From NCBI GenBank assembly GCA_963741095.1, contig CAVUGN010000005.1, positions 128,001-192,000 of the forward strand: DNA of 64,000 bases. The letters are read 5' to 3'. The notes under the pieces were generated by a model. That model was given only the letters and a program-made list of their open reading frames with translations, did not search any database and was not told the DNA's origin. The position numbers and the translations under genes were made by a program. This document shows positions 48,781 to 59,712 of the stretch, piece after piece. This stretch comes from an uncultured Candidatus Micrarchaeota archaeon (lineage in GTDB: Archaea; Micrarchaeota; Micrarchaeia; Micrarchaeales; Micrarchaeaceae). Every line of letters begins with the position of its first letter. Within the stretch, counting starts at the first letter, position 1.

Positions 48781-50355
48781 TTACCCGATGAAGAATTCCG
48801 CGTATTTTAGTACGTATTCCATCAGCGCGCCCGCGAATCCGAGGGTTCCGGCGACGGTCCTTATGAACGCTATGCTCTTGTTGTCGATCGCCTTGAAGAG
48901 CACCATCAAAGGCGGATAGAGCAGCAGCATCAGCACCGCATCGATCAGTATCACAAGCAGTCTCTGTCCCAACGCTGCGGATATCAGCGTGGCGAGCGCC
49001 CAGAGCAGAAGCGACGGGATTATCGTCCTTATCATCCTTTCCTTATCGACCCCTATGGAGAACTGCCTCTCAAGAGCGTACATGAACACTATGTCGGACA
49101 GCAGCGGGGCTATCACGAACACGGCGAGAAGAGTGCCGGTGACGTTCAGCAAAGGAGTCAGCACTATCAGCAACACCAGTTCGACGGCGATGATCGCAAT
49201 CTGGTAGTACATGAACTTTTTCGTGTCGCCGTAGCTTATGATCAGCGTGCCTGCGAAGCTGCCTATTATACCGAGCGTTATGCCGAAGGCTATCACCGAG
49301 AGGTAGAAGGGCGCGAGGGTGTAGAGGTGCGAGAACAACAGATGGGTCAGTGGCGCAGAGGCAGCCATAACATACGCCAGCAGCGGTAGTATGAACACCA
49401 GTGAGTAGCGCAGGCTGCTGTTGTAGATGTGCTCTATCCTCTTCGACATGTTCCTGTCGGAGAAGGCCTTCGAGAATGATGCGAGCAGTATGAAAGTCAG
49501 CGACGACAGCACAATCGTGAATATGCTGCCGAGCCTGAACGCTGCACTGTAGTTGCCGACCACTACTGCGCTCGCGTACACTCCGAGTATGAGCACTGCG
49601 AAGTTGGTTGCTCCGAAGGCCGCGATGTTGGATACCGCTATGGGCACCGAGAAGCGGAAAAGTTCGCTCGTGGTCTTCTTGAGCGGTTTCGTGATCCGAT
49701 AGCCGATCTTGCTTACCAGATAGAAGATGCCCAATCCGATTCCGATCAGGAAGCCGAATGCATAGCCGACCATTGCGCCGGTTATCCCGTATCCGAGCAG
49801 GACAAGAGGCACTGAAGCGATGAGCTGGAATGTTGAATAGAGTATGTCTGCAACGGCGGCCTCCTTGACTTTGTCGACGCCGACGAGCGCGCCGAAGGTG
49901 GTGTTCATTATCACCGAAAGGAAGACGACCGCGGACGCGATCTGCAACGGCAATGAGAGCGATGCGTTGTTGTATATGTTAGTGGCTATCCAGCCGCTGA
50001 ATATTATTCCCAGTATTGATATCGCGAGAGCCAGAACGCAGGAGATGAAGTAGCTTCCGTTTATCAGATCCATGACGCGCTGCCTGTTCCTCAGGTTCTC
50101 GGGAAGCATCTTCCTCAATGCAGTGCCTATGCCGAAGTTGCCGCCCATGCCCAACACTGCGGCGAAGGCGACCGCGATGCTGTAGAGTCCGAAATCCGCT
50201 GGCTTGAGCAACCTCGTCATTCCCACCAGCAGCAGCAGGGTAACGACAGAGCTGAAGACCTGCGCGGAGACGAATATGACTGAGCCTTTTGCGGTGCTTA
50301 CGCCCAGTTTGTTTATCTCGCTCTTCGTCTTGTTGCTGCGCGGCATTGCATCCAC
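48781..50355 (-). CDS. Oligosaccharide flippase (Wzx/RfbX, MOP superfamily)
   Basis: About 14 TM helices, RLLKPADFGLYS and VGNYSAAF motifs. Confidence 0.88.
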   Translation of the reverse strand: MDAMPRSNKTKSEINKLGVSTAKGSVIFVSAQVFSSVVTLLLLVGMTRLLKPADFGLYSIAVAFAAVLGMGGNFGIGTALRKMLPENLRNRQRVMDLINGSYFISCVLALAISILGIIFSGWIATNIYNNASLSLPLQIASAVVFLSVIMNTTFGALVGVDKVKEAAVADILYSTFQLIASVPLVLLGYGITGAMVGYAFGFLIGIGLGIFYLVSKIGYRITKPLKKTTSELFRFSVPIAVSNIAAFGATNFAVLILGVYASAVVVGNYSAAFRLGSIFTIVLSSLTFILLASFSKAFSDRNMSKRIEHIYNSSLRYSLVFILPLLAYVMAASAPLTHLLFSHLYTLAPFYLSVIAFGITLGIIGSFAGTLIISYGDTKKFMYYQIAIIAVELVLLIVLTPLLNVTGTLLAVFVIAPLLSDIVFMYALERQFSIGVDKERMIRTIIPSLLLWALATLISAALGQRLLVILIDAVLMLLLYPPLMVLFKAIDNKSIAFIRTVAGTLGFAGALMEYVLKYAEFFIG

Positions 50356-51473
50356 TAATCGTGCACGACGTAGTCCTCGAAGTATTCCTTGTAATGCTCC
50401 TTCTTGCTCTGGTGGTGGCGCAGGAATGCGTTTATCTTCTCCGTAAGGTCGGCTTTGTGCTCACCTGCTAGAATCGTACCGTTGCGCTCTCCGTCAATTA
50501 TGTGCGCTAACTTCTTGTCGTCAGGCTCGAAGAAGAACTTGTTGTACTGGCATATGGTGCAGATGTCCGGATTGCCGCCGTACTTCTTCTGAAGCGCAGC
50601 GGTTGCCTGCTGGCCGGTGAATGCCCTGGCTACCTTCTCCTTGACCGCTTCCGGAGTGTCGTTGAGGTATATCGCGCCCCTTTCTTCGCTGGAGGACATC
50701 TTCGAGTCCCCGTTGAGCGAGGGCAGGAACTTCGAGTATATTATGGAGGGCTTGTAGTAGCCGAGCTTTGAGACCACGTCTCTTGCGACCCTGAAATGCA
50801 CGTCCTGGTCTATCGCCAGCGGTATCAGGCAGGGTATGTTATGGCCTTCTTCGACCGATTTCAGGAAAGTCGGGACGGCCTGCATGCTGGTGTAGAACAG
50901 CGTGCCTATGTTTGTGTCGTTGCCGAAGCCGAACGCATCCTTGACTGTAGAGAATGTTATGTGCTTGGCCACGCGCACGGCCTGCTTGTACATCTTGCCG
51001 GCGTACTGGGTGTCGAAGAATATCTTCGTCTTCTTCTTCTTGAAGCCCAGCGCCATTATGTCGAGGACATTGTCGACCGCTATCTTGTGTATGCCGTCGA
51101 GACTTTCATCTAAATTCTTTGCAAGGTACTTTTCCTCGTCAGGTATCTGTATGTAGATGTCGACGTCGAACTTGTCCTGCAGCCATTTCGCGAAGACGAA
51201 GGATATGAGATGGCCGACGTGCATCGGCCCGGATGGAGCCCTGCCCGTGTAAAGGTAGAAGGGGTTTCCGCTCTCGTACTGGTCGAGTATCCAGTTCAGC
51301 TCGCGGTGCGCATAGAATATCTTTCTCTTGAGCAGGAAATGCAATGGTCCGGTGTACTTCTCTATTCTTTCTTCCAATTCCTTGTCTATCTGCTTCAGGC
51401 CGTACTGTTCTGCGAAAATGTCATAGTCGACCTTGCCCTCCACTTTGTAGGCGCCAACATTGGACTGGACCAT
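50355..51473 (-). CDS. trpS: Tryptophanyl-tRNA synthetase (archaeal type)
   Basis: YTGRAPSG.MHVGH, AIDQD.HF and KMSSS motifs. Confidence 0.95.
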   Translation of the reverse strand: MVQSNVGAYKVEGKVDYDIFAEQYGLKQIDKELEERIEKYTGPLHFLLKRKIFYAHRELNWILDQYESGNPFYLYTGRAPSGPMHVGHLISFVFAKWLQDKFDVDIYIQIPDEEKYLAKNLDESLDGIHKIAVDNVLDIMALGFKKKKTKIFFDTQYAGKMYKQAVRVAKHITFSTVKDAFGFGNDTNIGTLFYTSMQAVPTFLKSVEEGHNIPCLIPLAIDQDVHFRVARDVVSKLGYYKPSIIYSKFLPSLNGDSKMSSSEERGAIYLNDTPEAVKEKVARAFTGQQATAALQKKYGGNPDICTICQYNKFFFEPDDKKLAHIIDGERNGTILAGEHKADLTEKINAFLRHHQSKKEHYKEYFEDYVVHD

Positions 51474-51530
51474 AGAACCAGTTATAATGAACGAGGAAGG
51501 CTTTTATTGGTTTTGCGCTGACGCCGAATC

Positions 51531-52484
51531 TCAGGGTTCGATTTTCGGAGGGAAGGTGCGGTACTCCGCCCCGAAATAGTCCGCCACCCTCTTCAGGTAC
51601 GAGTTCGTCTGCCTCACGGCCCTCCTGGCGGCGTTGTAGAGCACCAGCGGATCGACCAGCATGGGGTCGCTTTTGCCGAAGTGCTCGGAGAGCCTCTTCG
51701 CCTTGATGAGCCAGTATTTCTTGTTCATGTTGTCCTGCCGCACCGCGAAATCTATGCGGTCGCGCGACCCGTTCAATGTCGCCGTTGCGGTGATGCCGTA
51801 GTTCCCCCACGCAAGATCTGAGATCAGGTCGTCGATGGAGTCGTACGAATAGGTCATGCGGTCCCTGTGTTTTGGGATGTCGCATTTGCGGGTTAGGTAG
51901 TCCTCGTTGAAGCAGCTCCTGAAGCTGACGCGCCAGTCGCACAGGACCCTCAGGTCTGAAGGCCTTGGGGGCAGATTTGCCCTAAGCTGGCTGAACGGAT
52001 AGTTCATCCGCATTATCTCCCTGGGAAGCAACACATCGGTGCTCAATGTTGAATGGCCGTCTATGCCCGAATTCTTTGTTATTACCTGCATGCTATTTAC
52101 TATGTTTTGGTAGGTGCCATCCAGCAGAGCCTGCGGGCCCATCCTCCCGGAAACAAAAAGATCCTGCCTGTAGGGCGCGATCTCCTTAACCTTTTCGCAC
52201 AGTTCCAGCCATCTCGACCTCAAAAGCAGCTCTTCCAGGCGCCTCTCCGCTTTATCAATCGTGCTGCCGTCGGCATGGCATGCGCCGAAGAGATTGAGTA
52301 TAGTGTTCTCGTCGCCGTAATAGAATCCGTGGGTCGAATGGCGGTCCGCCTCCTTGAGCCACCATCCATTATTTCGAAGAAGGTTGAATGTGTCATCCTG
52401 GACTATCCTCGGTGACTTCCTTATGAGGGCGTTCGTCGCATCAAGGACCCGCTGTTCTCCCGGACTTATAGTGGCGGTGACCAT
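51531..52484 (-). CDS. Hypothetical protein
   Basis: 317-aa ORF with no recognised motif. Confidence 0.65.
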   Translation of the reverse strand: MVTATISPGEQRVLDATNALIRKSPRIVQDDTFNLLRNNGWWLKEADRHSTHGFYYGDENTILNLFGACHADGSTIDKAERRLEELLLRSRWLELCEKVKEIAPYRQDLFVSGRMGPQALLDGTYQNIVNSMQVITKNSGIDGHSTLSTDVLLPREIMRMNYPFSQLRANLPPRPSDLRVLCDWRVSFRSCFNEDYLTRKCDIPKHRDRMTYSYDSIDDLISDLAWGNYGITATATLNGSRDRIDFAVRQDNMNKKYWLIKAKRLSEHFGKSDPMLVDPLVLYNAARRAVRQTNSYLKRVADYFGAEYRTFPPKIEP

Positions 52485-52497
52485 GCCATCACTTTAT

Positions 52498-53205
52498 TTA
52501 GATTCGCAGCTGCAACTGCTCCGGCGGCTGGGGCGCTGCGCAGTAGACGTAAAGAACCCCATTGATGTCGGCAGCCAGGCAGTAGCCCTTCTCCCAGACC
52601 TCCATCCTTTTTTTAGCGTGATTCGTGTGGGTTTCCTTGAATAGGTAATTCAGGTCTTGCAGCACTATTGATCTCGCCATAAGCTTTGCGGCCGCTGCCA
52701 CATCCAAAGTTATTGCCTTTGCCGTGAGGTTTATCATGGATTCCAGGGCAACGGGCTTTTCGCGGACAGTTCCTTCGGGCATGACCTTGTCCTTTATCTC
52801 GTGCCATATCTCGAGCCGCGCCTTCCTCATTACAATATCTATTACGGTGTTCTGCAGTAGGTCCTTCGCCTCCTTCGAGGCTTCGGCCCTGCCTTTGCTC
52901 CTTGCGATGTTCAGCAAGGTCTCGTGAGTCTCCCAGTACTCGAGATTCCAGGCGTTACCCAGCCCATTAGTTCCCGACAGCCATAGCGTGTTGCCGGATG
53001 AGTGTTCAGCCTCAAAAATAGCCTTTCTTTTCGCCTCTTCAAGAGTTGGAGCGTAGAATATCTTCCATTCCAGATTGGGCTTTCCGTCGGGCTGGAACCA
53101 CCTTATGGTGGCTACATGGACGTTTAATTCATCCAGCTCCTTCTGAACCGCCGCGGGCAGGCTTCTCATTGCCGGCCCCCCCTGCAGCGTTTGCCCCCTC
53201 TGCAT
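52498..53205 (-). CDS. Hypothetical protein (WF.PDG ... EVWEKGY...DINGVLYVY)
   Basis: 235-aa ORF co-oriented with 51531-52484. Confidence 0.65.
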   Translation of the reverse strand: MQRGQTLQGGPAMRSLPAAVQKELDELNVHVATIRWFQPDGKPNLEWKIFYAPTLEEAKRKAIFEAEHSSGNTLWLSGTNGLGNAWNLEYWETHETLLNIARSKGRAEASKEAKDLLQNTVIDIVMRKARLEIWHEIKDKVMPEGTVREKPVALESMINLTAKAITLDVAAAAKLMARSIVLQDLNYLFKETHTNHAKKRMEVWEKGYCLAADINGVLYVYCAAPQPPEQLQLRI

Positions 53206-53360
53206 CCTTACACTTAGTTTTATCTTATAAGTTCTCTTCTCATCGATAATATTTATGCCTGTCTGCGGGGTTCGTCAACCCTGCAATTCCCCGAAAAGCA
53301 ACATATCTTTTTAAGCATTTCCTTCAATATAGTAGCGGATCTGCTTCAGGGGGTAAATGT

Positions 53361-53687
53361 ATGACCGATAGTGCAAAGTCTATAAATGAAGTCCAGGAAG
53401 CTGAGGAGCGCGCAGACAGATTGGTGGCCAATGCAAAGCAGGAAGGAGAACGGATGATAATGGAGGCCAAGGAGAAGGCAGCCAGGATGATCGCTGATGC
53501 TGAGAGCCGCGCGCGCGAGGACAAGGCCGAACGATTAAAGAAGTCTGCCGCCGAGCTCGATGGCATGAGGAAGAAGGCCGTTGAGAGGAGCGAGTCGGAG
53601 GCGAGGGCGATAAAGTCAAAGAAGCTGAGCGACCGCTCAAGGGCACAGATCGCAAAGAAGCTTACGGATCTCATACTCGGTGTGTAA
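53361..53687 (+). CDS. atpH: A/V-type ATP synthase subunit H (G)
   Basis: Coiled-coil (AE..A...A..E) protein and first gene of the operon. Confidence 0.85.
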   Translation: MTDSAKSINEVQEAEERADRLVANAKQEGERMIMEAKEKAARMIADAESRAREDKAERLKKSAAELDGMRKKAVERSESEARAIKSKKLSDRSRAQIAKKLTDLILGV

Positions 53688-55574
53688 GTGCTTTCCACAG
53701 AAAAAATGCAGAAGATTCGCATCATAGCGCTAGGCTCCGTGCGTTACGAGCTGGTCAGCGAGCTGCACCGGCTGGGCGTGATGCACCTGAGCAAGAGCAA
53801 GCTGCACCTGGCCGACGACGTCCCGTCAGCAAGGCTGCCTGAGATATCCGACCAGCTGGTCAGGATGAAGAGCGCGCTCTCGATGCTGGGAGCGCCGAAG
53901 AGCATTGACGCCAAGAAGCCGATGGCGCACCTGAGCCTGGATCCGCTGCTGGCCGAGACCAGGGGATTGAAGGTTGTTGACGAGATATTCAAGCTCACTG
54001 AAGAGAAGAGGGCGCTCAAGGAAAGCGTCAAGGAACTGGACAATGCGCTAATGCTTTCCGACATACTCGCGGGCCTGGGAGTCGACTTCAGCAAGCTGAA
54101 GAGCGATGTCCTTGCGTTCCGCGCCTTCACGGTCGACAAGGAGGGCATGGAGGAGCTGAAGGAACAGCTGAAGAGCAGCAACCTGAAGCACGAACTCATG
54201 ACCAAGAAGGTCGACAAGAAGCGCGAACTGGCCTTCATAGCATTCGACAAGAACCAGAACGCGAAGATCGAAGAGATCATGAAGGACATAAAGTCCATTG
54301 AACTTAACTTGAAGGACAGGTACATAACTTCGGCGCCAGAGGCGGAGGTGAGGAAGCTGGTCACGAAGGAGAAGGCCGACGCGCTGAAGAGGCTCAATCA
54401 GATAGAATCAAAGTTCAAGGAGATAAAGGACAGGCAGTACCTGCAGATCGCCGGCCTCACTGAGATGCTCGATGTTGAGTATGAAAGAGCAACTGTTAGT
54501 GCAGGATTCAAGAAGACCGGCAAGACCTTTGTTGTTGAGGGATGGGTGCCGAAGAAGGGATTGGCCGAGGTGAAGGCAGGGATAATGAAGGCCGCTGGGG
54601 GCAAGTGCGACATTTCGGAATTGGAGGCAGGCCATGAGGATGTGGCGCCGTCGATGATGAGCGGCAACCGGATATTGAAGCCCTTCGAGTTCCTGATGGA
54701 TTTCTACTCCGTTCCAAGGAGCGACGAGATCAATCCAACCATTATATTCATGATAACTCTTGCCATTGCATATGGCATAATGATAAGCGACGTGGGCTAC
54801 GGCCTGATGTCGCTGGTGCTGGCATGGTACGTTGCGAAGATCACTCTGCCTGACGACCTGCTGCACAACGTCGCGGAGATATGGATGATGTTCTCCATAC
54901 CGGCCATATTCTTCGGGTTCCTTTCGAACACCTTCCTGGGATTCGCATTCCTGCCGGCCGCGTACCAGGGGATAGTCGTGCTCGACTGGATACACGGGGT
55001 GCCGACGCTCCTGCTGATCACCCTGATGATAGGCATAATCGAGATACTGATAGGAGAGGTCTTCGGCTTCTTCAACAGGCTGAGGCACCACGAGAAGATG
55101 CTCGCGTTCAGCAAGCTGACCACGATACTTGTGATAATATTCGGCTTCTTCGCGGTTGGAGGCTGGTTCTTCAACGCCTTCAACCCGACTCTGACCTTTG
55201 ATTCTACTATAATAGCGATAGTCGCTCTTGTGCTCACTGCCGCAACGAGCGGCATGGAAGCTGCGGAGATTCCGACGCTGATCGCGCACCCGCTCAGCTT
55301 CTCAAGGCTTATGGGCTTCGGGCTCGCAAGCATAATACTCTCCGACCTGATAGACAAGGCCTTCACGCCGAGCCTCTCGCAAGGTCCGATCGTGTTTATA
55401 GTCTTCGGGATAATCTTCCTGGTGCTCCATTCGATGAACATGCTTCTCAGCATATTCGAGGGGATGGTGCAAGGGGCAAGGCTCGGCTTCGTGGAGTTCT
55501 TCTCGAAGTTCTACATCGGCGGCGGCCTTAAGTTCAAGCCTTACAAGTTCAACAGGCGTTACACTAAAGAATAA
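53688..55574 (+). CDS. atpI: A/V-type ATP synthase subunit I (a)
   Basis: EGWVP, EINPT, DVGYG, SFSRL (essential Arg) and RLGFVEFFSKFY.GGG motifs. Confidence 0.95.
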   Translation: MLSTEKMQKIRIIALGSVRYELVSELHRLGVMHLSKSKLHLADDVPSARLPEISDQLVRMKSALSMLGAPKSIDAKKPMAHLSLDPLLAETRGLKVVDEIFKLTEEKRALKESVKELDNALMLSDILAGLGVDFSKLKSDVLAFRAFTVDKEGMEELKEQLKSSNLKHELMTKKVDKKRELAFIAFDKNQNAKIEEIMKDIKSIELNLKDRYITSAPEAEVRKLVTKEKADALKRLNQIESKFKEIKDRQYLQIAGLTEMLDVEYERATVSAGFKKTGKTFVVEGWVPKKGLAEVKAGIMKAAGGKCDISELEAGHEDVAPSMMSGNRILKPFEFLMDFYSVPRSDEINPTIIFMITLAIAYGIMISDVGYGLMSLVLAWYVAKITLPDDLLHNVAEIWMMFSIPAIFFGFLSNTFLGFAFLPAAYQGIVVLDWIHGVPTLLLITLMIGIIEILIGEVFGFFNRLRHHEKMLAFSKLTTILVIIFGFFAVGGWFFNAFNPTLTFDSTIIAIVALVLTAATSGMEAAEIPTLIAHPLSFSRLMGFGLASIILSDLIDKAFTPSLSQGPIVFIVFGIIFLVLHSMNMLLSIFEGMVQGARLGFVEFFSKFYIGGGLKFKPYKFNRRYTKE

Positions 55575-55584
55575 TGGTGAGTTT

Positions 55585-55821
55585 TTGGCAATAGGAATGG
55601 AAACTGCGGTAGCGGCTATCGCCGGCGCGATAGCAATAAGCGGAGGAGCAATTGGAACGGGAATGGCGCAATCCACAATCGGAAGCGCGGGCATCGGCCT
55701 GATAGCCGAGAAGCCTGAAGCGCAGGGAATTGCGATATTGTTTTTGGTGCTTCCTGAAACAATATTGATATTCGGATTCGTCGTCGCGATACTCATATTG
55801 CTCGGAGCCGGCCTGGTGTAA
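55585..55821 (+). CDS. atpK: A/V-type ATP synthase subunit K (c), single hairpin
   Basis: GxxxG-rich helix, AEKPE loop and LPET. GGTGA RBS precedes the TTG start. Confidence 0.93.
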   Translation: MAIGMETAVAAIAGAIAISGGAIGTGMAQSTIGSAGIGLIAEKPEAQGIAILFLVLPETILIFGFVVAILILLGAGLV

Positions 55822-55840
55822 CCACACAGAGGTGTATGCC

Positions 55841-56518
55841 ATGGCACTCGGCGATATCAAGCACAACATAGAGGAGCAGGCCAGGAAGGAAGCCGGCGGC
55901 ATACGCGAAACCGCTTCGAAAGAAGCGGCTGCGATAATCGGCGAAGCCAAGGAGAGGGCGAAGGGCATTCTGCAGAGCCTGGACGGCCAGGTCGAGGCGG
56001 AGCTGAAGAGACTCCATGACGAGAGCGAGGCCAGCGGGGAGCTGGCCGCCAAGAACGTCACCCTCATCGCAAGGGAGGACGTCCTCTCGAGCGAGGCCTC
56101 GAAGATCAAGAGGCTGCTGGCGAACGACATAAGGAAGAGCAGCGGCTACGACAGGATCTTCAAGAACGCGATAAAGCAGGCGAAGGAGATAGCGCCGGCC
56201 GACGAGTTGGTCATAACCGTCGACAAGTCCGACAGGGCAAGGCTCGGGAACACCCAATCCAAGGTGGAAACCAGGAGCATGAGCGGAGGACTGGTGATAG
56301 GCTCCAAGAACGGCGACATAGAGATAGACGCTACGATCGATCGGCTGATAGACTCGAAGTCTGACCAGATAAGGAACGCGCTGCTTGACGAGCTGTTCGG
56401 CAGCGGCAAGCGGCAGGTGCGCACGGAGGTCGCGAAGAGACCGCGCAAGGCCGTGGCGAAAAAGCCGGCAAAGGCAAAGAAGAAGCCGGCAAAGAAGGCC
56501 AGGAAGAGCAAAAAATGA
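55841..56518 (+). CDS. atpE: A/V-type ATP synthase subunit E with a Lys-rich C-terminal extension
   Basis: Operon position, GGLVI...DAT motif and the KKPAKAKKKPAKKARKSKK tail. Confidence 0.88.
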   Translation: MALGDIKHNIEEQARKEAGGIRETASKEAAAIIGEAKERAKGILQSLDGQVEAELKRLHDESEASGELAAKNVTLIAREDVLSSEASKIKRLLANDIRKSSGYDRIFKNAIKQAKEIAPADELVITVDKSDRARLGNTQSKVETRSMSGGLVIGSKNGDIEIDATIDRLIDSKSDQIRNALLDELFGSGKRQVRTEVAKRPRKAVAKKPAKAKKKPAKKARKSKK

Positions 56519-57597
56519 TACCCATGGCGCTGTTGAAGAGCTACAAGGACGCCAAACTCTACGGTTACTCCAACGCCAGGGTGAAGGCAATGAAGTCCAA
56601 GCTCGTAGGCAAGGGAGTCCTGAACGAGATCCTCAAGACCGACAGCATACCCGCCATACTCGCAAGGCTGTTGCAGACAGACTACAAGGGCTACATCGAA
56701 GAGGTGGGTGACGTGTCGCAGCGCGCGGAGCTCGTAGACCTTGCGCTCAACAAGAGCCTTGTCGTGAACATTGAAAAGCTGGTGAGCATAGCCCCGAAGC
56801 GCGACGTGAAGATAATGGAGCGCATAGTCGGTGTGTGGGACATGTACGACATAAAATTGATACTCTACGCGAAGGCAACGAACAAGGACTTCAAGTACCT
56901 GTCAAGGTACCTGATCAAGACGAAGAACTTCGACGACCTGTTCGTGAAGGAGGCGCTGGGAGAGCAGGACTTCTACGCGACCGCAAATCGGTTGATGAAG
57001 ATAAGGAGCTACAGGGACGAGATAGGCGCGGCGGTCGAAGCTTACAAGAAAACAAGCAACATAACCGAGGTCAACTCCGCGATAGACAGGATCTTTTTCG
57101 AGGGTCTTGGCGACGCGATAGAATCCATACAGAAGAGGTCGCCGAATGCAGGAAAGCTCATAAGGTTCGACATAGAGATGAGGAACATACTCACGCTTCT
57201 GAGGTCCAAGAAGTCCAACGTGAAGCCGGAGGACGTCGCGAATCTCATAATAAGCAACGGGATAACCTCGCCGGCGCAGTTGATCAAGGTCTACACGGGA
57301 TCAAACGACCTGAAGGAGCTCATCAACAGCATCAAGAGCTTCGACCTGAGGCACGCACTGGAGAAATACCAGGCGGGCAAGTCGAAGGAGATGCTGCTCT
57401 TCGAGATAAGCATGAGAAACAGCATGTTCAAGAAGGCGATCTCGATACTGCACAGCACGGTGCTGAATTTCGGCGTGCTGATAAGTTACTTCTACCTCAA
57501 GGAGATAGAGGTGTTCACGCTCAGGATTTACATACTCGGAAGGATGCACGGCCTCACGAACGAAGAGGTAACAGGGATGGCTGAATGGCAGATATAG
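56515..57597 (+). CDS. atpC: A/V-type ATP synthase subunit C
   Basis: YSNARVKAMKSKL, D..NI..LLR and Y..LKE.EV motifs. Confidence 0.92.
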   Translation: MIPMALLKSYKDAKLYGYSNARVKAMKSKLVGKGVLNEILKTDSIPAILARLLQTDYKGYIEEVGDVSQRAELVDLALNKSLVVNIEKLVSIAPKRDVKIMERIVGVWDMYDIKLILYAKATNKDFKYLSRYLIKTKNFDDLFVKEALGEQDFYATANRLMKIRSYRDEIGAAVEAYKKTSNITEVNSAIDRIFFEGLGDAIESIQKRSPNAGKLIRFDIEMRNILTLLRSKKSNVKPEDVANLIISNGITSPAQLIKVYTGSNDLKELINSIKSFDLRHALEKYQAGKSKEMLLFEISMRNSMFKKAISILHSTVLNFGVLISYFYLKEIEVFTLRIYILGRMHGLTNEEVTGMAEWQI

Positions 57598-57938
57598 ACA
57601 ACCGCGCGAAGAACGGCAAGGTCGCAGTCATAGGCGACGCGCTGCTCACGAGGGGCATGTCCTTGGGAGGAGTGAAGCACATCTACCGCGCCGATACGCG
57701 CGAGGAGGTCGAGCGCGCCGTGAAGGACGCGATGGAGAACGGCGAGATAGGCATGGTGGTGATAAACGAGAGCCTTGTGAAGAAGATCACCGACAGGAAA
57801 TTATTGAACACGATAGACAGCAGCATAGCTCCGGTGTTCGTCTTCGTGACGTCGCAGAACGAGCATGAGGAGGAGGTTGACGTGCTTAGAAGGCTGATAA
57901 TAAGAGCGGTAGGAATAGACATAAGCAAAAGGAGGTGA
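57585..57938 (+). CDS. atpF: A/V-type ATP synthase subunit F
   Basis: VAVIGD...G..LGGV and RAVGID motifs. Confidence 0.92.
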   Translation: MADIDNRAKNGKVAVIGDALLTRGMSLGGVKHIYRADTREEVERAVKDAMENGEIGMVVINESLVKKITDRKLLNTIDSSIAPVFVFVTSQNEHEEEVDVLRRLIIRAVGIDISKRR

Positions 57939-57942
57939 ACTA

Positions 57943-59712
57943 ATGGGAACTATAATTAGAATCGCCGGTCCACTGGCCGTAGCGAGCGAGATGCGCGGAA
58001 GCAACATGTACGACGTGGTCAAGGTTGGATCCAAGGGCCTGATAGGCGAGATAATACAGCTGAAGGGCGACACCGCCGTGATACAGGTCTACGAAGACAC
58101 GAGCGGAGTCAGGCCTGGAGAGCAGGTCGAGAGCCAGAAGGTTCCGCTTTCAGTAGAATTGGGACCGGGGCTGCTGATGCAGATATACGACGGAGTGCAG
58201 CGACCGCTCGAGATAGTCAAGGAGAAAACGGGAGCGTTCATCGGCAGGGGAGTAACAGCACCGGCCATAGACAAGAAGAAGAGATGGCACTTCCACATAA
58301 ACAAGGGAGTCTCCAAGGGAACGCACGTCAAGGAGGGAGAGATAATCGGATTCGTCGAGGAAACTCCGCTGATAAAGCACTACATAATGGTGCCGTACGG
58401 CATAAAGGGAACGATAACGTCGATAAAGGAGGGAAACTTCACGATAGAAGAGACTGTAGCAACAGTCAAAACGGAAAAGGGAGAGGTCAAGCTTTCGATG
58501 CTACAGAAGAGGTCCGTGAGGGTCCCGTCGAAATATTTGGAGAAGATAGCAACCGACACGCCGCTGATATCCGGCCAGAGGGTCATAGACACCTTCTTCC
58601 CGGTGGCGAAGGGCGGAGCAGCCGCAATACCAGGGCCGTTCGGAGCCGGCAAGACGGTAATATCGCACCAGTTTGCACGACACTCGGACGCAAACGTGAT
58701 AGTTTATGTCGGTTGTGGAGAGCGCGGCAACGAGATGACAGAGGTGCTTACGGAATTCCCTGAGCTGAAGGACCCGAAGACGGGAAGGCCGCTTATGGAA
58801 CGAACAGTGCTGATAGCGAACACGAGCAACATGCCCGTGGCCGCAAGAGAGGCCAGCATATACACAGGGATAACGATAGCGGAGTACTTCAGGGACATGG
58901 GCTACGATGTGGCGCTCATGGCAGACTCGACATCAAGATGGGCAGAGGCCATGAGGGAGATATCTGCAAGGCTGGAAGAGATGCCCGGAGAGGAGAGCTA
59001 TCCGGCATATCTGCCGAAGAGGCTTGCCGAGTTCTATGAAAGGGCAGGAAGAGTCAAGACGTTGAACAACAACATCGGTTCGGTCACGATAGTCGGCGCG
59101 GTGTCGCCCGCAGGAGGAGACACATCGGAGCCAGTATCACAGGGAACGCTCAGGGTCGTCAAGACCTTCTGGAGCCTCAGCGCATCGCTCGCAGGATCAA
59201 GGCACTTCCCGTCGATAGACTGGCTGCAGAGCTATTCGCTCTACCTGGACAACCTGGCGAAATGGTACACCGCCAACGTCGGCGAGGAATGGTCGAAGGC
59301 GAGGGACGAGGCCATGGCGATACTGCAGAGAGAAGCAGAGCTCAAGGACATAGTGCAGCTGGTGGGAGCGGATGCGCTTCCTGACGCCGAGCGTGTGACG
59401 CTTGAGATAGGCAGGATGATAAGGGAGGACTTCCTCAGGCAGAGCGCCTACGACGAGATTGACACTTACGCTAGCCTGAACAAGCAGAAGCTCATGCTGA
59501 GCACGATACTGCACTTCAGGAGCAGGGCCTCGAGCGTGCTCCAGATGGAGGTCAACGCCGACACGGTCGTGAAGGCGAAGGTCAGGGCAAGGATAGCGAG
59601 AATGAAGGAGATAAAGGAGCAGGACATGGAGAAGGAGACGAAGTCGATAATGAACGAGATCGACAGCGAGTTCAACGAGATGGTAAAGGGAGGTGAAAGG
59701 GCGAGCCAATGA
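57943..59712 (+). CDS. atpA: A/V-type ATP synthase subunit A
   Basis: [17 protein letters not shown] and [10 protein letters not shown] motifs. No intein. Confidence 0.97.
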   Translation: MGTIIRIAGPLAVASEMRGSNMYDVVKVGSKGLIGEIIQLKGDTAVIQVYEDTSGVRPGEQVESQKVPLSVELGPGLLMQIYDGVQRPLEIVKEKTGAFIGRGVTAPAIDKKKRWHFHINKGVSKGTHVKEGEIIGFVEETPLIKHYIMVPYGIKGTITSIKEGNFTIEETVATVKTEKGEVKLSMLQKRSVRVPSKYLEKIATDTPLISGQRVIDTFFPVAKGGAAAIPGPFGAGKTVISHQFARHSDANVIVYVGCGERGNEMTEVLTEFPELKDPKTGRPLMERTVLIANTSNMPVAAREASIYTGITIAEYFRDMGYDVALMADSTSRWAEAMREISARLEEMPGEESYPAYLPKRLAEFYERAGRVKTLNNNIGSVTIVGAVSPAGGDTSEPVSQGTLRVVKTFWSLSASLAGSRHFPSIDWLQSYSLYLDNLAKWYTANVGEEWSKARDEAMAILQREAELKDIVQLVGADALPDAERVTLEIGRMIREDFLRQSAYDEIDTYASLNKQKLMLSTILHFRSRASSVLQMEVNADTVVKAKVRARIARMKEIKEQDMEKETKSIMNEIDSEFNEMVKGGERASQ

